Part shown: piece after piece, positions 57,626 to 64,000 of the stretch
Layout of the letters: every line of letters begins with the position of its first letter
How positions within the stretch are numbered: position 1 is the stretch's first letter
The notes under the pieces: model-generated
Database searches by the model: none
Told to the model about the DNA's origin: nothing
The model's input: the letters and a program-made list of their open reading frames with translations, nothing else
Made by a program: the position numbers and the translations under genes
NCBI GenBank assembly: GCA_965228025.1
Contig: CBDDGX010000032.1
Span: 35,113 to 99,112 of the forward strand
Source of the DNA: Polaromonas sp.
GTDB lineage: Bacteria > Pseudomonadota > Gammaproteobacteria > Burkholderiales > Burkholderiaceae_C
Length of the DNA: 64,000 bases
Direction of reading: 5' to 3'

Positions 57626-58732
57626 TCAGAGGCCCGGATACATGCGGCCGGGGTTGAAGATGCCGGCCGGGTCAAACTCATGCATGAGCCGGCGGTGAAT
57701 GCGGTCAAGCGGGGGCTTGAGCGCATCAAAACGCGCAATGCTTCCACCAGGGGCCGCAGCCCTGAAGAGCGTGGCGTGGCCGCCTGCAGCCTTGGCTACT
57801 TCACGCAGGGCTTGAGCATGATCTGCACTGGCGCGCACCCATCGCAGTGCGCCATGCCATTCGATGAGGGGTGGCTCAGGCAAATTGAGCACGGGCGCGG
57901 TCTGCGGCACGGACAGGCGCCACAGGTCATGCGTATCCGGGCGTTCGGTAAACCACGGCAATTGCTGGTCGCGACAGGCGTCCCAATCTGACGCGACGTT
58001 TTCCTTTCTTTCGCCACCAGATACAGCAAGCGTTTTGCAGGCCGCTTCAACCGCCGCGATGGCCCCACGCAAGCGCAGGTAAAGCGTGCCGGTCCCATTC
58101 TCTTCAAGCCAGCAGCTGGCGTTGAGCGGCAGGGGCTGGCCGCCCCAGGCGTTGAGGCGTTGCAGGGCTTCTGACTGGCTGCATTCAAAGCGCAGGGTCG
58201 CTTCGGCAGGCGCAACCGGCAGCACCTTGAGACTGACTTCGGTGATCAGACCCAGCGTGCCCATGGCTCCGGCCATGAGACGCGAGACATCGTAGCCGGC
58301 CACGTTTTTCATGACCTGGCCGCCAAAGGTGAGGTGTTCACCCTTGCCATTGATGAGCTGAAGGCCCAGTACATAGTCGCGCACCGCACCTGCGCTGGCA
58401 CGCGCCGGGCCGCTCAGACCGCTGGCCACCATGCCGCCAACCGTGGCATTGCCGCCAAAGTGTGGTGGCTCGAAAGGCAGGCACTGGCCATGCTCTGACA
58501 ACAGGGCTTCGAGTTCAGCCAGCGGCGTGCCTGCCCCTGCAGTGACGACCAACTCGCTGGGCTCGTAGCTGGTGATGCCGGCAAGTTTGGCCGTGCCGAG
58601 AAGCTCGCCAGTCAGCGCCTGGCCGTAGAAATCCTTGCTGCCGCCGCCCCTGATGCGCAGCGGCGTTCCAGCGGCTGCCGCGCGGCGCACACGGTCAGCG
58701 AGGGAGGCAATGGCGTTGGCGGGGGAATCCAT
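57626..58732 (-). CDS. glcE: Glycolate oxidase FAD-binding subunit
   Basis: GGGSKDFYG, YEPSELV, GGQVMKNVAGYDVSRL, FDPAGIFNPGR. Confidence 0.95.
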   Translation of the reverse strand: MDSPANAIASLADRVRRAAAAGTPLRIRGGGSKDFYGQALTGELLGTAKLAGITSYEPSELVVTAGAGTPLAELEALLSEHGQCLPFEPPHFGGNATVGGMVASGLSGPARASAGAVRDYVLGLQLINGKGEHLTFGGQVMKNVAGYDVSRLMAGAMGTLGLITEVSLKVLPVAPAEATLRFECSQSEALQRLNAWGGQPLPLNASCWLEENGTGTLYLRLRGAIAAVEAACKTLAVSGGERKENVASDWDACRDQQLPWFTERPDTHDLWRLSVPQTAPVLNLPEPPLIEWHGALRWVRASADHAQALREVAKAAGGHATLFRAAAPGGSIARFDALKPPLDRIHRRLMHEFDPAGIFNPGRMYPGL

Positions 58733-58822
58733 GAGTATTGATGGTACGCGGACGCAGCGCGGAGTAGTTTGAATTTTTTGAACGCGGACTGTTCGATTTT
58801 TTACGGCTTCCGGGGCCACTTC

Positions 58823-59761
58823 TCAATCCTGGAAAAAGTTGACCGGCAGCCCCGGCACATCGACCTGCATTGAAAACACGCAGCCTGAGTCAGGGTATAT
58901 CTGCAACTCGGCGTCAGGCCGGTTCTGGCGCGCAGTGGTGAGGTAGAGCGTGTGCAGGTCGGCACCGCCAAAGCAGGGCATGGTAGGGCATTGGGCTGGC
59001 ACCGGTATGTCTGCGAGCACCTCGCCCTGCGGTGAGAGCTTGAGCACCCGCGCGCCTTCGAACATGGCCACGTAGTAGTTGCCCTGCACATCAACCGCAG
59101 CGCCGTCGGGTCGGCCATCGTAGCCGGGCATACCGCTCTGCCAGCCTGCGGGTTTGGCTGGCCAGCGTTTGAAGACGCGCTCACCGCCCATGGTGTTGGC
59201 GTCAATATCCCAATCCCAGGCGCGTATGGTGTGGGAGGGCGTATCTGACCAGTAAATGGTTTTTGTATCGGGTGACCAGGCCAGGCCGTTGGCCGTGGTG
59301 ACGCCACCCGCCATGGCCTGCAGGCCATACATCTGGCCGGGCATGGGCTTGCGCGCATCCAGTGAATAGAGCTGCGCCTTTGCGGCATCACGCGGCTCGT
59401 AAATGGTGCCGGCCCAGAAGCGCCCTGCGGGGTCGGCCTTGCCGTCATTAAAGCGGCTGCTGGCCGGGTCATGAAGGGCAGGCGCTATCAGTTGAAGCTC
59501 ACCGCCCCAGTGGCGCGCGCGATAAATGCCGCCCCGCAGGGCAATCACCAGGCCATCGCTTCCACCAGCGGCATCTTTCACGGGCGCGATGCAGCCGGGC
59601 TCTGACGGCATGGCCCAGCTTTCGACGCTGCCCATGAAAACATTGAGGCGGTGGATTTGCCTGCCGGGAATATCCACCCAGTAAAGCATCTGCTCGTCAG
59701 GGTGCCAGAACGGTGATTCGCCCAGTGCAGAGGCTTGTGTGACAACGGTTTGCCAGGTCAT
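58823..59761 (-). CDS. SMP-30/gluconolactonase/LRE family protein
   Basis: LGESPFW, RFNDGKAD, NGLAWSPD, PDGAAVD. Confidence 0.92.
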   Translation of the reverse strand: MTWQTVVTQASALGESPFWHPDEQMLYWVDIPGRQIHRLNVFMGSVESWAMPSEPGCIAPVKDAAGGSDGLVIALRGGIYRARHWGGELQLIAPALHDPASSRFNDGKADPAGRFWAGTIYEPRDAAKAQLYSLDARKPMPGQMYGLQAMAGGVTTANGLAWSPDTKTIYWSDTPSHTIRAWDWDIDANTMGGERVFKRWPAKPAGWQSGMPGYDGRPDGAAVDVQGNYYVAMFEGARVLKLSPQGEVLADIPVPAQCPTMPCFGGADLHTLYLTTARQNRPDAELQIYPDSGCVFSMQVDVPGLPVNFFQD

Positions 59762-59817
59762 GAATGCCTTGTTCAGCCAGGTCGGCTTGATGAGGGGTGA
59801 TCACAAACTGTACAGGC

Positions 59818-59853
59818 AAAAAAAACAGCCTGCCGGTTTGCACCAGCAGGCTG
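59818..59853 (-). terminator. Rho-independent terminator after amtB
   Basis: Minus strand CAGCCTGC-N12-GCAGGCTG followed by a T run. Confidence 0.75.
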
Positions 59854-59890
59854 AACATCCAAAGGAGACTCTCTAGCTATTAACAGAGCT

Positions 59891-59911
59891 CCCTGAGGCG
59901 CAGCCTCAGGG
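59891..59911. terminator. GC hairpin just after the amtB stop (RNA stability or pause element)
   Basis: CCCTGAGGC-GCA-GCCTCAGGG. Confidence 0.5.
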
Positions 59912-59926
59912 CAGTCCGGTTAATTC

Positions 59927-61456
59927 TTAACGGTTGTAGGCGGTTTCGCCGTGGGACGTGATGTCCAGGCCTTCGCGTTCGTCTTCTTCGCTGACACGCA
60001 GACCGATGGTCAGGTCAACAATCTTGTAGGCGATGAAGGACACAACACCGGACCAGACGACGGTGAGCAGCACAGCCTTGGCCTGTACCCACACTTGCGA
60101 CATGACGGAGAAGTCAGCAGCCGTAACCATGGTGACGGTAACCCAGTCAGCGGTGTAGCCAGGGCCACCCAGGCTTGGCGAGTTGAACACGCCGGTCAGC
60201 AGCGCGCCGAGGATACCGCCGATACCGTGCACGCCGAACACGTCGAGCGAATCGTCAGCACCGAGCAGTTTCTTCAGGCCGTTCACACCCCAGAGGCATG
60301 CGAAGCCGGCTGCAAGACCGATGACCAGACCGCCGCCGATGCCGACGTTGCCGGCTGCTGGCGTGATGGCCACGAGGCCAGCAACTGCACCTGATGCGGC
60401 GCCAAGCATGGAAGCCTTGCCGCGCATCAGTGCCTCACCCACACACCATGCCAGCACTGCAGCTGCGGTAGCAACCAGGGTGTTCATGAATGCGAGGGCT
60501 GCGAAACCGTTGGCTTCGAGCGCGGAACCGGCATTGAAACCGAACCAGCCCACCCACAGCAGGGCGGCACCAACCATCGTCAGCGTCAGGCTGTGGGGAG
60601 CCATGGCTTCCTTGCCGTAACCGAGGCGCTTGCCAACCATGTAGGCACCGACCAGGCCGGCAACAGCAGCGTTGATGTGAACAACGGTACCGCCTGCGAA
60701 GTCCAGGGCGCCCATCTGCCAGATGTAACCGGCCTTGGCGTTCATTGCATCGACAACTTCCTTGCCGGTGTAGGCATCAGGACCCATCCAGAACCAGACC
60801 ATGTGGGCCATTGGAGCGTAGCTGAAGGTGAACCAGAGCACCATGAACAGCAGGACGGCGGAGAACTTCATGCGTTCGGCGAAGGCGCCGACGATCAGTG
60901 CGCAGGTGATGCCGGCGAAGGTGGCCTGGAATGCAGCGAAGACGATCTCGGGTATCACGACGCCCTTGCTGAAGGTTGCAGCATTGGCAAACGTGCCTGC
61001 AGCGTTGTCCCAGATGCCCTTCATGAAGAGCCGGTCAAAGCCGCCAAAGAACGCATTGCCCTCGGTGAATGCCAGGCTGTAGCCGTAGAGCACCCAAAGA
61101 ACGACGATCATGGAGAAAGTCACCATGACCTGCATCAGGACGGACAGCATGTTCTTGCTGCGGACCAGGCCGCCGTAGAACAGCGCCAGACCAGGCACGG
61201 TCATCATGATGACGAGAAGCGTGGACACCATCATCCAGGCGTTATCGCCCTTGTTGGGGACGGGTGCAGGAGCAGCAGATGCTGCAGGTGCAGACGCGGC
61301 AGCAGCAGCGGCAGGTGCTGCGGCGGAAGCTGCAGGTGCGGCCTCGGCGGCTGATGCAGCGGAAGCGGCTGGAGCAGCAGGGGCCTGTGCGAGCACAACG
61401 GCGCCTGAGGCCAGCAAACTGAATCCCAGTACCAGGGAAGCAAGTAGTTTTTTCAT
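59927..61456 (-). CDS. amtB: Ammonium transporter
   Basis: DFAGGTVVH, LWVGWFGFNAGS, DDSLDVFGVHG. Confidence 0.97.
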   Translation of the reverse strand: MKKLLASLVLGFSLLASGAVVLAQAPAAPAASAASAAEAAPAASAAAPAAAAAASAPAASAAPAPVPNKGDNAWMMVSTLLVIMMTVPGLALFYGGLVRSKNMLSVLMQVMVTFSMIVVLWVLYGYSLAFTEGNAFFGGFDRLFMKGIWDNAAGTFANAATFSKGVVIPEIVFAAFQATFAGITCALIVGAFAERMKFSAVLLFMVLWFTFSYAPMAHMVWFWMGPDAYTGKEVVDAMNAKAGYIWQMGALDFAGGTVVHINAAVAGLVGAYMVGKRLGYGKEAMAPHSLTLTMVGAALLWVGWFGFNAGSALEANGFAALAFMNTLVATAAAVLAWCVGEALMRGKASMLGAASGAVAGLVAITPAAGNVGIGGGLVIGLAAGFACLWGVNGLKKLLGADDSLDVFGVHGIGGILGALLTGVFNSPSLGGPGYTADWVTVTMVTAADFSVMSQVWVQAKAVLLTVVWSGVVSFIAYKIVDLTIGLRVSEEDEREGLDITSHGETAYNR

Positions 61457-61496
61457 GTCAGTGTTCTCTTTTTTTGGCTTGTAGATGGGTGAGGCC

Positions 61497-61901
<405 letters not shown>

Positions 61902-62693
61902 TTAGAACGCTTTGGTCAGTGTCAGGATGAACGTATCGCGGTTGAGCGACTTGGTATTTCCAGCAACGGTGTATGTGTACGAATTCTTCTGGCTGGCGCC
62001 CTGCACGTAGCCGGCCAGCGACAGTGAATTGCCGAAGTCGTAGGAAACGCCCAGGCTGTAGTCGGTGAAGTTGGGGATACCGGCTGCCTTGACAGCTTGC
62101 TTGAAGCTGGTCTGGCCAACGGAAGCCTTCACGGTCCAGCTAGGAGCCACTTCCTTGGCAAAGCCAATGTTGAAGTACTGGGTGCCGCGTCCGTCGCTGA
62201 TGGTTCCGGCTGCATTGATACCCGTGCCGAAATAGCCCTTGGAGAGGGTGTTGGAGTATTTTGCAGAGATTGGGCCCCAGCTTGCGCCGATGTAGGCTTC
62301 AGTCGTGTTGGCCTTGGTGGTGCTTGGGTAGTAGTACTGCAGCAGACCGATGTCAAAGCCCCAGTCGCCTACAGACCACTTGTAGCCGCCGTAGAAGTCC
62401 ATTTCCAGGTTGGCGCGACGGGCAGCATTCACAGGATCAACAAAGCTGACCGACGAATTCCAGTTGCCGAGGTAGAAGCCATTGCTGAATGCATAGTCAA
62501 CGCCGCCTTGAATCGCAGGCTTGAAGCTGCTGGTGCGGTAGGTGTCCTGGTCCTGGCCGCGGAACTTGTAGTTCGTGGTCAGGGCAACGTTGAAGGACCA
62601 TGGGGATGCAGGTGCAGCTGCAGTCTGTGCGGATGCAGCGCCTGACAGGGCCACAGCGGCCGCGAGTGCGATCTGGATGGGGATAAGTTTCAT
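61902..62693 (-). CDS. TorF-like putative outer-membrane beta-barrel
   Basis: Signal peptide, NYKFRGQDQ, PAIQGGVDY, EMDFYGGY, C-terminal Phe; upstream of glnK. Confidence 0.85.
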   Translation of the reverse strand: MKLIPIQIALAAAVALSGAASAQTAAAPASPWSFNVALTTNYKFRGQDQDTYRTSSFKPAIQGGVDYAFSNGFYLGNWNSSVSFVDPVNAARRANLEMDFYGGYKWSVGDWGFDIGLLQYYYPSTTKANTTEAYIGASWGPISAKYSNTLSKGYFGTGINAAGTISDGRGTQYFNIGFAKEVAPSWTVKASVGQTSFKQAVKAAGIPNFTDYSLGVSYDFGNSLSLAGYVQGASQKNSYTYTVAGNTKSLNRDTFILTLTKAF

Positions 62694-62750
62694 GGAATGC
62701 TCCGGAGAGAGTTGTTTAAGTTAACGAGGCTATTCAAGCGAGTACCGTTA

Positions 62751-62766
62751 AGCACAGACCGTGCCA
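62751..62766 (-). promoter_or_regulatory. Sigma54 -24/-12 promoter of the porin-glnK-amtB operon
   Basis: TGGCACGGTCTGTGCT with correct GG-N10-GC spacing. Confidence 0.75.
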
Positions 62767-62858
62767 GAGCAAATTACTTGCATGAACAGGCGAAGTCTAC
62801 CGACGCAATGCCTGATGCGTTATAGCTTTCGTGGGGTAAATACCACCAAGAATAACAA

Positions 62859-62897
62859 TGCACCAAGTTGGGCACGAATATGCACAACACTGATGCA
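62859..62897. promoter_or_regulatory. NtrC-type upstream activator sites
   Basis: TGCACAACACTGATGCA (62881-62897, TGCAC-N7-RTGCA) and a weaker TGCACCAAGTTGGGCA. Confidence 0.6.
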
Positions 62898-62917
62898 TTT
62901 CACAGGGGGATTTCACG

Positions 62918-64000
62918 ATGAGCTTGTCTTTAGTGCACAGCCGTGCACTGCTGGGAATGGACGCGCGGCCGGTTTTTGTAGAGGTTCACCTGGCAAACGG
63001 GTTGCCCAGTTTCACGCTGGTCGGACTTGCAGAAACAGAAGTGAAGGAAGCCCGCGAACGTGTGCGTTCGGCCATCCAGAATACCGGCCTTGAATTTCCG
63101 GCGAACAAAAGAATCACCGTCAATCTGGCTCCTGCGGACTTGCCCAAGGACTCGGGACGCTTTGATCTTCCGATCGCACTGGGCATTCTTGCCGCCAGCG
63201 GACAGCTGGACCCCGTGAAGATGCAGGGCTATGAATTTGCAGGGGAGCTGTCACTGGGCGGAGAACTCAGGCCGGTGCGCGGCGCGTTGGCCATGAGCCT
63301 GGCCATCAACCGCAACGCTGGCGACAACATCAGCGACATGCCACGACTGGTGCTTCCCGCAGCCAGCGCACAGGAAGCCGCGCTGGTACCGGGCGCTGAA
63401 ATTTACGGCGCCCTTCACCTGCTGGACGTTGTCAGGCGCTTTCTGCCGGGCGATGCCGCAGCAGAAGAGCAACAGGGCTGGAGCCGCGTCCTCGCCGCCG
63501 AGCCTTCCACCCACACACCTTACGCCGACATGGCCGACGTAAAGGGACAGGCAGCGGCACGACGGGCGCTGGAGATCGCAGCAGCAGGCGGGCACAGCGT
63601 GCTGATGGTCGGTGCCCCGGGGTCCGGCAAATCCATGCTGGCACAGCGCTTTGCAGGCCTGTTGCCGGCCATGACCACCGAGGAGGCGCTTGAGAGCGCT
63701 GCAGTCGGGTCGTTGGCCGGGCGTTTTTCGCTGGACCAGTGGGCCGTCAGGCCCACCTGCTCCCCGCATCACACAGCAAGCGCAGTGGCGCTGGTGGGCG
63801 GCGGCTCCCCGCCACGACCGGGTGAAATCTCGCTGGCGCACCGGGGGGTTCTATTTCTGGATGAGCTGCCGGAGTTTCCACGTGCAGCGCTGGAGGCACT
63901 GCGTGAGCCGCTTGAGTCAGGCCACATCACCATATCGCGCGCAGCTCAGCGGGCCGAGTTCCCCGCCCGCTTTCAGCTGATCGCGGCCATGAACCCATGC
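62918..64000 (+). CDS. comM: ComM/YifB Mg-chelatase-like AAA+ ATPase (3' end outside window)
   Basis: Hand translation: [13 protein letters not shown]...LPSFTLVGL...[22 protein letters not shown]; Walker A GAPGSGKS; LFLDELPEF. Confidence 0.93.
   Translation, partial: MSLSLVHSRALLGMDARPVFVEVHLANGLPSFTLVGLAETEVKEARERVRSAIQNTGLEFPANKRITVNLAPADLPKDSGRFDLPIALGILAASGQLDPVKMQGYEFAGELSLGGELRPVRGALAMSLAINRNAGDNISDMPRLVLPAASAQEAALVPGAEIYGALHLLDVVRRFLPGDAAAEEQQGWSRVLAAEPSTHTPYADMADVKGQAAARRALEIAAAGGHSVLMVGAPGSGKSMLAQRFAGLLPAMTTEEALESAAVGSLAGRFSLDQWAVRPTCSPHHTASAVALVGGGSPPRPGEISLAHRGVLFLDELPEFPRAALEALREPLESGHITISRAAQRAEFPARFQLIAAMNPC

Overview
GC-rich betaproteobacterial chromosome segment. Gene content, gene order and repeat families suggest Comamonadaceae, Polaromonas-like (inference). 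The core backbone carries: Fe3+ ABC transporter with a Fur box, mreBCD-mrdA, gatCAB, pyrE, xth, M48 peptidase/ampG, a two-component system, waaF-ilvE, radA, alr/lplT, glcE/glcF, a sigma54-driven porin-glnK-amtB operon, and comM (partial). Three apparently accessory blocks interrupt it. (i) 14.4-19.1 kb: a GntR-regulated Bug/DUF1185/alpha-beta hydrolase/aldehyde dehydrogenase catabolic operon. (ii) 20.2-28.6 kb: a five-gene operon (two divergent PstS-like binding proteins, a two-TM TAXI-type receptor, an unknown lipoprotein and a eukaryote-type phosphagen/arginine kinase), then terC, an HPF-like gene, a LysR remnant and an IS3 nested in an internally deleted IS21. (iii) 38.5-44.6 kb: serine hydrolase, PEBP protein and an SHP/DHC/cytochrome b cluster with its two-component system. 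The best candidate for an undescribed system is the phosphagen-kinase operon. The window also holds at least five short-repeat families. One is translated in-frame inside two proteins (EVE protein, WaaF N-terminus). Another, a ~550 bp inverted-repeat element, is flanked by mirror-image synonymous codon skew. No rRNA, tRNA or CRISPR array was recognised. All family assignments come from motif recognition by eye, not database searches.
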